This document shows positions 51,076-64,000 of a stretch of DNA of 64,000 nt, in pieces; within the stretch, counting starts at the first letter, position 1, and the number at the start of each line of letters is the position of its first letter. Below the pieces are notes generated by a model. It searched no databases, was not told the DNA's origin, and saw only the letters and a list, made by a program, of their open reading frames with translations. The stretch comes from the human T2T-CHM13v2.0 reference genome, Homo sapiens, in assembly GCF_009914755.1 (NCBI RefSeq), contig NC_060928.1; one strand, 5' to 3'. Position numbers and translations under genes: made by a program.

Positions 51076-51422
51076 TGTTGTGCTCTGACTGGTTGTGTCC
51101 ACCCAAAATTCACACATTGAAATCTAATCACCAATCTGATGGTGTTAGGAGGTGGGACCTTTGGGAGGTGATGAGGTCATGAGGATGGATCCCTTGTGAA
51201 TGAGATTAGTGCTCTTATAAAAGATGCCCCAGGGAGCTGCCTTGCCCCTTCTACCATATGAGAAGCTGCCATCTGTGAACCAGGAAATGAGCCCTCACCA
51301 GACACTGAATCTGCTGGTGCCTTGATCTCGGAATTTCCAGCCTCCAAAACTGTGAGAAATAAATTTCCGTTGTTTATAAGCTACCCAATGGTATTTTGCT
51401 ATAGCAGCCCAAGTGACTAACA
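51076..51422 (+). mobile_element. MLT1A0-like MaLR LTR (second copy)
   Basis: Same family motifs; ccagacactgaatctgctggtgccttgatc...ctgtgagaaataaatttc. Confidence 0.85.
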
Positions 51423-51819
51423 CCAATGTAATTACGAAACTTAACCCATTCCTTGAATTCTCTGTTAGCCAAGTTCAGTGCTCCCAATTATTTTTTGTCT
51501 GAACTTCAAGTCCCCTTTGCCATCCAGAACCATCAAGTTTGGCTGAATCTCTAGCTTGAGGTGGGCCTTGCCATCTCTCACAAGAAATATGGTAGGCTTG
51601 CTCTTTACCTGGCTGCCTGAGACCTGTTTTTGATACAGGATCGGAGAACCAGGCCTTACAACAGGCTTCAGAATTCATGCCTGTTGTAAGATCTACCATA
51701 TGTATTTGAGACTAGGCATCAATATATCTACTTGAGAAGCATCTCCCAGATCTAAAGAGGGACTCCTTAACTAACAGAACTCTTTGATTTCTGTGCACCG
51801 AGGATGGGAACACACTTTT

Positions 51820-52195
51820 TTCCCCAATGTTTACACTTTATTATTTATTTATTTTTCTTCAACTTTTATTTTAAGTTCCTGGGTACACATGCTGGACATG
51901 CAGGCTTGTTACATAGGCAAATGTGTGCCATGGTGTTTTGCTGTGCAGATCATCCCACCACCTAGGAATTAAGCCCAGTGTCCATTAGCTATTCTTCCTG
52001 ATGCTCTCCCACCTGCTACCCCTCCACCAACAGGCTCCAGTGTGTGTTGTTCCCCCTTATATGTCCATGTGTTCTTATTGTTCAGCTCCCATTTTTAAGT
52101 GAGAACATGTGGTGTTAGGTTTTCTGTTCCTGTGTTAGTTTGCTGAGGATAACGCCTTCCAGCTCCATCCATGTCCCTGCAAAGGACATGATCTC
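51820..52195 (-). mobile_element. L1PA (about PA10-13) 3' end, 5'-truncated
   Basis: cagatcatcccaccacctaggaattaagcccag...ccattagctattcttcctgatgctctcc; probable TSD ggaacacactttt / ggaacacaactttt. Confidence 0.9.
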
Positions 52196-52489
52196 GAGGA
52201 ACACAACTTTTGACACAAGAAGAAAGCAGCTTCTGCATCAGTTGTAAATTATTAAAAACAAAACTGCAGTCTTATCACCTCCAGATGTTTTTTCTTCTTT
52301 CTTGTGTTTGTTTTCTATTTAACAGACTGAAAAATTATGTACAAGGAGGATGCCTTCATTTTAAGCTGGTAACATTGTTCTAGCATTAATTGTTACTAAT
52401 TTTATTTAATTTTATTAAAACACCCAGGGGGTGTTTGTAGCCAGGGTTCAGAAGACAATCTATGGGGACTTCAGAATGTCTTCACAAAT

Positions 52490-52986
52490 TTTTTGATAAT
52501 CCCATTGTGACATGGGATAGAATCTTAGAACCTTAGAATTCAGCTGGTTTTAGTGGCTCACTCTTATCCAATAGAACGCAGCAGAGATGATTGGCTTGAT
52601 TTCTGAAGCCAGAACATACAAGGCAATAAAGTATCCTCTGTGTTAACCGGAACATTTACTCCTGGAGTCCTGAGTTGCCATGTAAGCAGCTGGACTGCTT
52701 TAACACTGCCATTATGTAAGGAAGCTCAACCTAGTCCATGTGGTGAGACCATATGGAGAAGTCTGGATATTGCATAGAGAAAGAAAGATGACAAGCCAAT
52801 TGTCTCAATCTCTCACTACTCCAATTCCATCTATTGTCTGACTGCAACCTCACAAATACTTTGAAGCCAAAATTATCCTTCCTAAATTCCTAACCCAAAG
52901 AAAAAGTTGAAGACAATACAATGTTAATTACTGTTTCAAGCTACTGACTTGGGGGCTATTTTATTATTAAAATAGTAATTAAAACA
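52490..52986 (+). mobile_element. MLT1G/H-like MaLR LTR relic
   Basis: ctggagtcctgagttgccatgtaagcag...tgtctgactgcaacctca...cctaaattcctaaccca. Confidence 0.6.
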
Positions 52987-53019
52987 TTGTGTTTGTAAAA
53001 GGTATTTATAATTTAACCA

Positions 53020-53470
53020 AGTTATGTATATGATACCTAATGTATGCCATTCTCTAGACTGCAAAGTCAAACTTGAATAAGCCAAGGTCTCCATCCTAAA
53101 GAGTTTACACTCTAGAGGTAGAATCAGCTATGCGGATTAGTAGTAGCTAACTTTTTACAGGACGAAGTACTATCTTTTTGATATGAATAAAATGAGAGTC
53201 CAACAGGGAGAAAAGACAGGGAAGAGCACTCCACGGACTGTTAGCAAGAGTTCAGGGAGGAGTGAATTCAATGTGTCATCCTGGACAGGGAAGTTTCCAT
53301 TGTGGTTGAAGCTCAGGGTAAACTGTCAGGATGAATTAATCTAGAAAAGTAAGATTTAAAAGGGACATTGAAGTAGTAAGAGACTTGAGTGTTATTCTAA
53401 GGTGTTGAAAATGTATTCTGTGAGCAACAGTGAAGCTATGGAGGAATATGATTAGATGGGCATTTTAAAA
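53020..53470 (-). mobile_element. L2 relic
   Basis: ccatcctaaagagtttacactctagagg...ttctgtgagcaacagtgaagctatggagg...attagatgggcattttaaaa. Confidence 0.5.
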
Positions 53471-53520
53471 CAAGAAGCACACAAATGCACACAAAGCATA
53501 TATTATCTCTCTCTCATGTA

Positions 53521-53683
53521 TGGATGCTGCCCAGACACATTGGTGAGTGTGCTCTTCATATATATATTCTCTCCCTCTCTCTCTCTTTCTCTGTGTGTGT
53601 GTATGTGTGTGTGTGAGAGAGAGAGAGAGAGAAAGAATATGTATATGAAGATCACACTCACCAATGTGGCTGGGCAGCATCCA
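53521..53683. repeat. Inverted repeat (fold-back): 50-bp arms, (TC)n/(GA)n inner arms and a (TG)n loop
   Basis: 53521-53570 is the reverse complement of 53634-53683 with 3 mismatches. Confidence 0.95.
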
Positions 53684-54031
53684 ATCCATTGAAGGTGTGG
53701 ATAGAACCAAAAGGTGGATGTAGGTGAGTTTGTTCTCCCTTCTTGAGCCGGCACATCTATCTTCTCCTGCTCTTGGACATCAGCACTGTGAGTCTTTAGG
53801 CTTTTGGACTTGAACCGGGACTTAAATCATTGGCTCCCTTGGTTCTCAGGCCTCTGGGCTTGGACTGAAACTACATCACTGACTTTTCTGGGTTTCCAGC
53901 TTGCAGATAGAAAATTACAGGATTTCTTGGCCTCTATAATCGTGTGGGTAAATCTCTTATAATTAATCTCTTTTCATAAATTTTTTCATATTCTACTGGT
54001 TCTGTTTCTCTGAAGATTCCTGGCTAATATA
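53646..54031 (+). mobile_element. MLT2B-like ERVL LTR lacking its 5' end
   Basis: ctcaccaatgtggctgggcagcatccaatccattgaagg...tcttctcctgctcttggacatcag...ggttctgtttctctgaagattcctggctaata. Confidence 0.85.
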
Positions 54032-54219
54032 TAGATACATATGTACAAACAAATGTCAGAAAATTTTCATAATTAGAAATATGAAATTAATTTTAGTGTC
54101 CATACAGAAGTATATAAGAAGTATATAAGAAAGATATTTAAAATGACCAAAAATCTTAATGGCCAGAGATAAGCACTAACATTTCAGAGACTATCCACCA
54201 TTATTTCTTCATGCATATT

Positions 54220-54760
54220 CTTTAATTAAAAATATGTATTGATCATCTAATATGTGTCAGACAATGAGGAATGAGAAATTTGACGGTCCTTGGTTTTGTT
54301 GCATTTTCAATATAAAGGCAGGAGTGAATAATAAGCAGAAAAACAACTCAAGAAATAAACAATTAAAAGTTGTAGCAAGTGCTATGTGGGGAGAAAAAGT
54401 GCTTACTGCTAGTGAATGGGGAGGTTAATATAGAGTGACTAAAGAAGGCTTTGATAAAAAAACGGTGGTTCAATTGAGACCTAAAGGGTGCCACAAACTA
54501 GGGAAGAATGGCTCAGAAGAGTAAAGAACAGACACAGGTCCTGAAGTGAGAAAGATCTTGGCATGTCCACAACACTGAGAGACAGCAGTGTAGCACATGA
54601 GCGAGGAAACATGTTAAGACTTAGGGCAGCAGAGGTGGAGCAAAGCTGGATTTGGACAGGACAGCTGCCCTGGGTTGTGAGGCATAATAAAAAGTTTGAA
54701 TAGTTTTCCCAATGAACAGACATTAAATTCATTTTAAGCAGGGGTGGCAGTTTTTGAAAG
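54220..54760 (-). mobile_element. L2 relic
   Basis: aatatgtattgatcatctaatatgtgtcagac...ttgtagcaagtgctatg...caattgagacctaaagg. Confidence 0.65.
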
Positions 54761-54769
54761 TTATATGAG

Positions 54770-55500
54770 TATATAAATATAAAAACAACTTTAGAGAAAT
54801 AGGATTATAATAATTATATTGCTTTATTACTACATAAAATGTTCTGAATGCCTTTGTATGTGGGTAAATACAGCTCTACATTGTTATTGAAATGGACATA
54901 GAGTATTCTGTTATATGCAGGTACTATCATTAATTTAACCAGCTCCTTATGGATGAACATTACGTTTTTTGCTGTTATAAAAAATACTGTGTTGAACATC
55001 CATACAGCATGTGTTATTACAGACTTTCCTGAATAAATTGTGGGAAAAATTAACTGAAAAGAAATGCTGGGTTAAAGATATATGCAATAAAAATTTCATA
55101 TATTATTGCTTGATTCTCCTCCAAAAGTTACACTGCTTTCCATTTCCTATATCACTGTAGGAGTGCCATGTTTTCCTCATCACCATAGTCACTTATCTTT
55201 CTAATCTTTGCTGATATGATAGGCTAAAAAAATTTCATTTTATTTTTGTATTTTTCCATTACCTATGGAGTTGAATGTCTTTTCATATATTTCCTGTCTG
55301 TGATTCATGTTTTGAGAATTCTGCATTGGTGTGGTTTACTCATAATTTTATTTAACATAGTTGTCTTATTTTTGCTTATTTCTTTATCATAGTTTTCATG
55401 ACGAAGCTAAAAAAGTTATTTATTAAATTTCAAATTTCAATTTTTTGTTTCTATGTGGTCCGAATCACCAGTCTTTTCTTTTACGTGTTCTAATTTTTTA
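54770..55500 (-). mobile_element. Ancient L1ME, 3' non-inverted segment
   Basis: aatttaaccagctccttatggatgaacatt...aatactgtgttgaacatcc...gaaatgctgggttaaagatatatgc reverse L1ME ORF2 end/3' UTR; probably continues at 54060-54220. Confidence 0.75.
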
Positions 55501-55519
55501 AGGTCAACTTTGACAGAGG

Positions 55520-56340
55520 TACAAAATGATGTTATGAAGGTGATGCAATTGCATTTTGGGAAAACCTAACAAGACTCATCGAATCACCAATGTATAAAAT
55601 CAGAATGTTCAATAAATTTAGCATTAATAAATACATAAAAATTAATAGCTTTCTCATAATGCAAACTAAAACAAAAATAAAACCCCCAAAACTCCATTCA
55701 CTACAGCAATAACATGAACACAAATAAAAATAAACTTAATAAAAAGACATAGAATTTTTAGGATGAAAACTGAAAACACCTCGTGAGAGTAACATGAAAG
55801 AATAAGCAGGTGAAGAAACTTGCCTAGCTTGTGAGGAGGAAAGACTCAGTACTGTGAAGGTGACAATTAGCCCACACTTAATCTACAAATTCAATTCACT
55901 TCCAATCAAAATCCCAATTACTTTTTAATTGACAATTATTTTAAAGTCTGTCTTGGAAAACAAACATAGCAATAGGAAAGACAACTCTGAAATAAAAGAG
56001 TAATAAAAAGACAGATTTAATGTTACACGTTAAAATATATTATAAGCCTGCTGTAATTAAAACAGAAATTGGCACAGGAATTGTCAAAATGATGAGTGAA
56101 AGACAATCTAAATTAGAACAAGGTACATACAGGAAGTTGGGATATGATGGAGGCAGCATTGAAATCAGTGAAGAAACATGGATTATTTAATAAATTGTAT
56201 TGTGACAACTGAAGAGCCTTTAGTAGAAAAAAATTAATTGGCAACGTGTGTTTACCTATTACACCAAAATAAATTTTAAAGAAGCAAAAAATTTAAGTGA
56301 AAACCAGAAATGAAGTCATATCGATACTTTGAAAAAGTAA
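55520..56340 (+). mobile_element. Ancient L1ME ORF2 segment in opposite orientation
   Basis: ggaaagactcagtactgtgaaggtgacaatt...ttaatctacaaattcaattcacttccaatcaaaatccca (GRLN-VK...LIYKFN-IPIKIP). Confidence 0.75.
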
Positions 56341-57005
56341 AGTTGTTATCATAATTTGAACAAGGAATGAGAGGCCTGCAATATGGTAGTGACAGTAGAG
56401 ATTGAGAGGGGAGGATGGGCATGGGTGATATGAAAGAACTGGCATTGACAGACTTGGTGATTGATTAGACAAGGAGCAGTGGGGAATGAAGGAGGAAGGA
56501 GGAAAGAGTGACTGGATTCTTTCAGGGAAGACACTGAAGGCACACTAATGTCATAATCACCTGCAGAAACCTTCCTGTCTTTCCCCAAACCTGGGATCTA
56601 GACTCCAGTTTCTTGACAGAAAATTCATAAAGGACCCCAACATGAGATTGACTTCTTCTCAATCACAAGTCAATATGTATCTCCTTGTTTTGGTTTACTG
56701 TGACTTGAGCCAACTGACTGACCTACCCAGATTCTAGACTTTTGAGAGATTCCCAATCAAAACTTGCTTGCATATCCAGATTTGCAAAACGAGGCTCATG
56801 CCTAGTATCTAGTATCAGTGAACATCTTTGTTCCCCAACTGATTATTGGTCATAATAAACTCTTCATCTTGACTGTTGGAGCCAGAGACTGTAGCACTAC
56901 CTCTTTCTCTGGTTGTCAGTCCCTTTCAGAGTACCATGGCCTGAATAGTACTTACAACCTTGCAGGAGTTAGCTTTCAATAAGCTGATAATCGCTTAGTG
57001 GGTGC

Positions 57006-57207
57006 TGTTTGGGCTGAATTATGTCTCCACAAAATTTATATGTTGAAGTCCTACTCTCCAGTACTTTATCTGTAGTAACTTTATTTGGAGATAGGTTCTT
57101 CACAGAGGTAATCAAGTTAAAATCAGGTCATTATGGTAAAACCTAATCCAGTATGACTATTGTCTTTATTAAAAGAGGAAATGTGGAGACACACGCGCGC
57201 GCGCGCA

Positions 57208-57242
<35 letters not shown>

Positions 57243-57499
57243 TCACCATGTGAAGATGAAGGCAGAGATCGGGATGATGTTTCTCTAAGTCATGGAACAC
57301 CAGAGACCGACAGCAGAGCTCCAGAAGCTGGAGGGAGGCCTGGAAAAGGACCTTCACTCACAGCCCTCAGAAGGAACCAATGCTGCCAACACCTCAATCT
57401 CAGAATTCTAGCTTCCAGAACTGTGAAGCAATACATTTCAGTTGCTTAAACCACTTCATTTGCGGTACTTTGTTACAACAGTCCTGACAAACTCATACA
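57006..57499 (+). mobile_element. MLT1B/C MaLR LTR with an internal microsatellite
   Basis: tgtttgggctgaattatgtctcc...ggtaatcaagttaaaat...gtggagac...cagccctcagaaggaacca...aaactcataca. Confidence 0.88.
57189..57240. repeat. (CG)6-(CA)16 compound microsatellite
   Basis: acacacgcgcgcgcgcgcac followed by a CA run. Confidence 0.97.
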
Positions 57500-58145
57500 C
57501 ACGCCAACACATTTTCCCTTTTCCTAAAATTTTCCTTTAAGTCTAAGTGGAGTCAAAGGAAGGAGAAGATACTCAAAACCATCACCATATTGTTACTAAT
57601 TAAACTTTGCAGAGACTGACTGTGTAGTGGAAATAAATAGAATTAATCCTGGGAAGGGTTTCTGAGAATTTCAGCTTTATTAGTTAGAATCCTTAGATGA
57701 AAGCAATAGAATCCCTATTATGGTTAAACAGAAAAGCAATTTATTAAAAGATACCGTGTAGTCCCAGGTATTCCCTGGATGGGCAGAAAGTGGACCTCTG
57801 ATGCTGTGCAGCCAGGGCTAGTGTGGGGTCACACTGGAGGAATTCTCCAGGCAGTCCCACTCACCTATGAGTGAATGGGTACCTGAGGGAGCATCTGGGT
57901 CTGTTTCCCGATCTGTCACGCCAAGTCTTACAGAAGCGAAGCAGGTCACATGCTCTGACTGTAGCTGCAAGTGGGTCAGGATGGGAATTTTCTGTCTTCC
58001 ACTTAAGGATGGCAGGACTCATGATTAGCAAAGTAAATTGAGAGTGCTCAAAAATATGTGCCAAGGGTTCTAGCCCTGATCTCATCACTGATACACAATG
58101 GAAACAAGAAAAAGGTTACCTGCTCTCTGGAGCACCACGTCATCA

Positions 58146-58514
<369 letters not shown>

Positions 58515-59339
58515 TCAGATTCATAATCTCACATAAGCTATGGTGTGGGTTTCCCAAAACTTCGTTTTTATTACTATTACTGTTACTACTATTACTATTA
58601 ATTTTAAGTTTGTTTGAGAGTAATTAAAAGTTTCTGAGAAACTCCATAGGAAATATATCAGAATTAATTTCTTCAAAGTTTATTTAATACCAAAACTGAT
58701 TGGGATAACATGGTATTCTAGGTGAGATTATTGAATAGAAAAATAACATTAAGTATAAATAAAGAAACTGGAATAAAGCAGGAACTTATTTAATAATGTT
58801 GATATCAGTTTATTGGCTTTGACAAATGTAGCATATTAATGTAAATATGTTAACAACAGAGGAAATTGGCTGTGGAATTTATTGAAATTCTCCACAATCT
58901 TCACAAGTTTTCTGTAAATCTGAGCTAAAATTCTACATTAAAAAGAGTTTATGAAAATTGACGAGTCACCTTTTCCCTATAAGAAAGCAACAGAAGTTTG
59001 TGATAATGTATATAACAAGAAAAATGAATCTCCACATTGCTCACCTTCACTTACAGAATCTGATGGGGAAGGGGGAAGGAAGAGACCATCCTATCACAGC
59101 CACAGCCAGTCCTTGCGGGCCACTAGAGGTGAGGAGTAAAATTGAGGATGTATGGTATTGACACAGAGGGAGAGTGAATACACATATGATGGCTGATGAA
59201 CAGCACAGCTGTTCTGAATAAGAAATCCAAGGAATCTAGGTGGGCCAGTCTTGAGGGACAGAAGCAGCTTAGCCCCATGGTGGTGTGGCTGAAATTGAGT
59301 TTTACAATCCGGGATGTTACAATAAGTAGAAAACCCTCT

Positions 59340-59665
<326 letters not shown>

Positions 59666-61282
59666 CTATCTGCCAAGTTCACTAAAGAGTGCTACATCAC
59701 AAATGCTGGGTATGATTTTTTTTAATATTAAAAGTAAAGAGTATAATTTCCTTCTCTGGTAACTTTCAGAGTGGAAAAAGGGATGGGCTATGGTTGTTTA
59801 TTCATGAAAAGAGAGCAAACGTCCAGCAGAAAGAGAATGCAAATGCAGAAAAAGTGCATTCTAAGAAGCCTTAGAAGTTTGTAGAACATTTGGGGAGAGC
59901 ACTGGACACTCCATGTCAATTTTATGTAAATTTTAAGGATATGGTGGCTTTGGCTGACATTTGTATTATGGAACAGCAAACCAAACCGAATTCTTGAAAC
60001 TATAGGTGGCCAAGAACTCCCAGGGTGAAGGGAATATTTAAACTGGGCTCAGGAAAGTACTTTCTCATCTCTTCAATGTTGGCCTCTCTGAAACTGATCA
60101 TAGCTACAAATGATTTTCTGAAGCAAATTCTTGGTATCCAGAGAGAAAACCAGAGGAATGCCTGCTTGAAGCACATGGTTTTGATTGCCCTGGTTTTCAG
60201 AACGGAGGGCCCCAAGATAGCGTTACTAAAAATAGTTTTCTGAGCAAAATTCTTATTTACATCATTATTTTAAGCATATTAATCTCTAAATCATTCTTGC
60301 CATAATGAGACCATCTTTCTAGAGACAGGAACAGTAGGAGTGTGTCACTGGTGAGCCAAAGATGACTTTCATGATGTAAACATATTCATGAGAGACGTGC
60401 ACCTGAGACTTGACCTTCACATAGCTAATAAAGAAGTTTGTCTTCTGCTTCCCCATGAGTGGCTGTATGGATGTGCACACGAGATACTGATGGTAACCTA
60501 TTGAAAATGCTCTTTCATCTGTTATTTGATTGGATTTTTGAAATATTCTGGTACTGCAGAGAGAGCTGGGGCAATTTCCGCTCTATTTGCAAACAGAAAA
60601 CCTGAAGCTCAGAATTTGCTGAACTATTTAGCACTAATAGACCCAGAAAATGAACACCACAATTTCTAGAGAGGGATTCCATTCCCTTTGGATTAGAGAT
60701 GCTGTTTGTACCACTTTCTAAGTTTACATATAATTGGTATTTACTTGAAAAATTTTATTTATGAGACCACATACTTGTTTTAACCTCTTGTGAAATTTTT
60801 ATAATTAAAAAGATTGAACAAATTTAAGGTTAGACGCTGGGCAAAAAAATTTGCTTAGCTGCCTCCAGGGGAAATGTAGTTTCTATTTTAAAAAGCTTAG
60901 GAAAAATTTAGAAGCATCTAGATTCTACAAAAGGAGAGAAACAAGAAAATCTGGACTAGAAAGGAAATTGTGCTTATTAGTTCCCTTAAATTGAAATGTT
61001 AAAACTTTATTAGAGAGACGGTTCATATTAATTAACTTCTACTTTTTTTTCTTCTCAGGCAAGATTGTATCTGAGTTAAAACAAAGGTTAAAGTAGTACA
61101 TACTTTTGACTGCAAACACAAATTAATTTTATTTTTTCTAATTAAACATTTTTAGCAATTTTCATCTAAGCATTCACTTCTGTTTATAACTAAGGAAAAA
61201 CTTTAATTGTTATCTTTCTTTTGCCTCTAAACTTTCTCAAAGCCGTACTTCCATTCGGCATTACTGAATGTTATTTGGAAAA

Positions 61283-61378
61283 CACACACACACACACACA
61301 CACACATGCACATACACACACACGCACATACACATACACAGACACACACATACACAAGCATACACACACACACACACG
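61283..61378. repeat. Interrupted (CA)n tract, ~95 bp
   Basis: Seen directly. Confidence 0.95.
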
Positions 61379-61764
61379 TTTTTCTTTTGTAAACTTCTAT
61401 ACTTAATCTGTGACCTTTAATTATGTGTAATTTCTCTTCTTCAAAGCATTTCTGTTTTGTCAAGATGCGTCTTCTCTCTTTATAGAAATAGGTTCCCCTC
61501 CAAACAGAAGCATGTGTGAAATCTGAATTATCACTCCAAGGTTCTATTGTTTTTCTAAAACCTGGTTCCTGGTAGGCATATATTTTGATAAAGAGTCTGG
61601 AATTTGTAATCATGTGTTGTTACTTACAACATTTCAAATCAAACATATATGATGGGCTATTTCCTTAAAGTTGTTCAAATGTATGCACACAGGCATTTCC
61701 AAACTTGAAAGAATCTGAGTGACCATCAATGATATTTTTCCAACTAGTTTACATAATATCTGCT

Positions 61765-62450
61765 TTATTCACTCCACACATATTTATTGAGTTCCTTCTA
61801 TGTACCAGACACTGTTTTAGACACTAGGAGTTCAGCATGAACAAGACACCAAATTTAAGGCTGGGAAAACAATAAAAATAAAGGCTCCAAGCATGTATGA
61901 GGAATGGCATAGACAAACACAAGAGAGGACTAAGGGTAAGTTTCTGAAATATGGAAAATCAGAAGAGAGAAGTGACAAAAACAGATATTGTAACCATGAT
62001 CAAGGAAGGGTCATGGCTGGGAGAACAATTAGGGCTATTTTTACAGTGTGGGAGAGACATGATGATGGCTGGAGCCAATGGTAGTCATAGAGGATGAGAG
62101 ACAGGGTCAGATTCTAGGTATTTTTCAAAGCAGAACCCAAAGGAACATCTGATACATTGAATATGAGTGGTATGAATACAGGCAGAGCAGTCGTGGAGGA
62201 TGCTCAGGCTCTTGACCTGAGCCACTTAATGAATGAAGTTGTCATTTCCTAAGATTGGGTCACCGAGGGGAGAAGCAGCTTTGGGGAAAATAAAAGATTG
62301 AAATCTCAGTTTTGGCCACATTAAATTAGAAATATCTATTAGACAACTAAGTGGAAATGCCACATAGGCAGTTGACTATGTGAGCTTAAAGTTTAGCACA
62401 GGGATCAGTTCAAGGTAATATGTAGATTTCAAGCCATGGAATATTACATC
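61765..62450 (-). mobile_element. L2 LINE 3' relic
   Basis: atatttattgagttccttctatgtaccagacactgttttagacactagg...gggagagacatgatgatggctggagc...agacaactaagtggaaatgccacataggcagttg. Confidence 0.85.
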
Positions 62451-63269
62451 TGGGCCCTGTGTTAGGACAGTGACTAACATAGCCTGCAAACAGCAAGTCA
62501 TCATTATTGTTTACGGGTGTGTTGCTAATTCTTCCTTCCACATTAAATGTGAAGTCAAGTTCAGAAATGACTTTGACTTCAATAATGTTATTGACATGCT
62601 ACGCAATGGTGTCCATTTATCTGATTGATTAAAATGGAACAGAAAATGATACTAAATTTCTGTAATAGCTCATGCAAGATACTGGGGAAATACATTCTTT
62701 TCTAGATGTTTACTGAATATTCTTTTAGCCAGCAGACATTTACAGAAACCTTATTATGTGTCAGCCACTGACTATATCCAGATTACATAATGAAAAATAA
62801 CAGGCAGTCTTCAGATTTAAAGAACGCAAAACCTGTGGAAGGAACAGCAACAGGACTGTAGCTGACGGTCCTTGATGTAACCAGCTTAAGAGTTGTTGTG
62901 AGGTATCAAAGAGGTAATTGATGTATATTGTTAAATTATGTCCATCTATGCATCATTAGTATCCCCTTTTGCAAATGCAAATTTTAAGGCAAGGCATGTC
63001 GAGTGGCTTTTGTAAAGCAAAACTGGATCTCAATTCCAGATTTTCTATTTCTCTATCATAACTTGTGACTACATTGAACTGACCCCTCCTGACTCTCTCC
63101 CAAGAATGACATCATTTTGAAAGCATTCTTCAATCTCTGTGAGCCTTCAGTTACTTATTTGAAAGAAAACAAAAACTAGGCAGAAAGAAAAACATTTCCA
63201 AGTTAGTTACATGCAATATTAATGAACATTCAATGAATTAATGTGTGTGAATATTTGAAATATTAAACA

Positions 63270-63390
63270 ATGTTGTTCCAGCACTTTCTGAGTGACCTCA
63301 GACAAGTTGCTTAATGTCACTGAGCATCGTTTACCCATCTGTAAAATGGAAAATGGAAAGAAGAATAACTATTTTGAGAAGTTGGTGGGA
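63270..63390 (+). mobile_element. MIR relic
   Basis: gtgacctcagacaagttgcttaatgtcactgagcatcgtttacccatctgtaaaatgg. Confidence 0.8.
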
Positions 63391-64000
63391 GAGTGAAACA
63401 AACAAATCACCCTCAGCTGAACGCCTGGCTCTGAGCATGTACTGGGACAACCAGCTCTCACTGTTGTCAGTTTCCCTATGATCCACAGCCAAGCTCACAG
63501 GACTCATTATAACCATTTAAATCTTCTTGTCTTTCATTTTTATTAGCTAGCCCATTGATTTCTCAAATAGGAGAATAAACCCTTAGGGGAAAAACAAAAA
63601 CAAACACTAAAACAGCAACAACAAAAAAAACCTCTTCCAAACAGGATTATTTTACTGATTCTGAAGTCTCACTTTTATGTGCTGATCTCCTCTCTGTATT
63701 CAGGTTTCTCTTCCTTCCGAAGAACTTAGGTTAAAAATTTAAAAACCACTGAAAAATATAATGTTGGAAAATAATGTCTACACTTTCTTTCTGATTTCAA
63801 TTCTTATAATCCAACTCCCACTAAAAAAAGTGATTGAGCAGTTGAGACTGATATCTACATGAGGAAAAATTTTAAAAAATTATTTTTTATTGATTCAAAA
63901 TTAGAAATGAGGGTAGAGTGACTTAATAATGCTGTTTGAGCCACCAGGGTGGGGGTGACAGTTGTGAGAGAGAAGACTTGAGGATCTATTCTGTGTCTTA

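Noticed and set aside
50363-51422. Two MLT1A0 LTRs as one internally deleted provirus
   Set aside because: The intervening 350 bp does not resemble MLT1 internal sequence and there is no shared TSD; probably independent insertions

Overview
Repeat-rich, CpG-depleted primate genomic DNA (AluY, AluS/J, THE1, MER4, MER41 and MER57 elements; probably human), intergenic or deep intronic. I find no intact protein-coding gene, RNA gene, CpG island or CRISPR array. The ORF track is explained by chance, simple repeats and transposon fossils. Contents: a full-length THE1C MaLR element with a perfect 5-bp TSD; a dense ERV cluster at 8.7-13.8 kb, including an ERVL-class integrase remnant split by an MLT2D LTR; many solo LTRs, several with readable TSDs; nine Alus; L1 fragments, two with a 5'-inversion (twin-priming) layout; a hAT-Tip100 (Zaphod-like) transposase fossil; MIR/L2 relics; two minisatellites and several microsatellites. 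The most unusual local structures are a near-perfect fold-back hairpin at 53521-53683 that replaces the 5' end of an MLT2B LTR, a CACGTG-rich ~50-bp-period minisatellite at 27661-28420, and a 162-bp local duplication at 9541/10114. I cannot support a new biological system from this sequence. Subfamily names come from my recollection of consensus sequences and need RepeatMasker/Dfam confirmation; boundaries of old elements are approximate.
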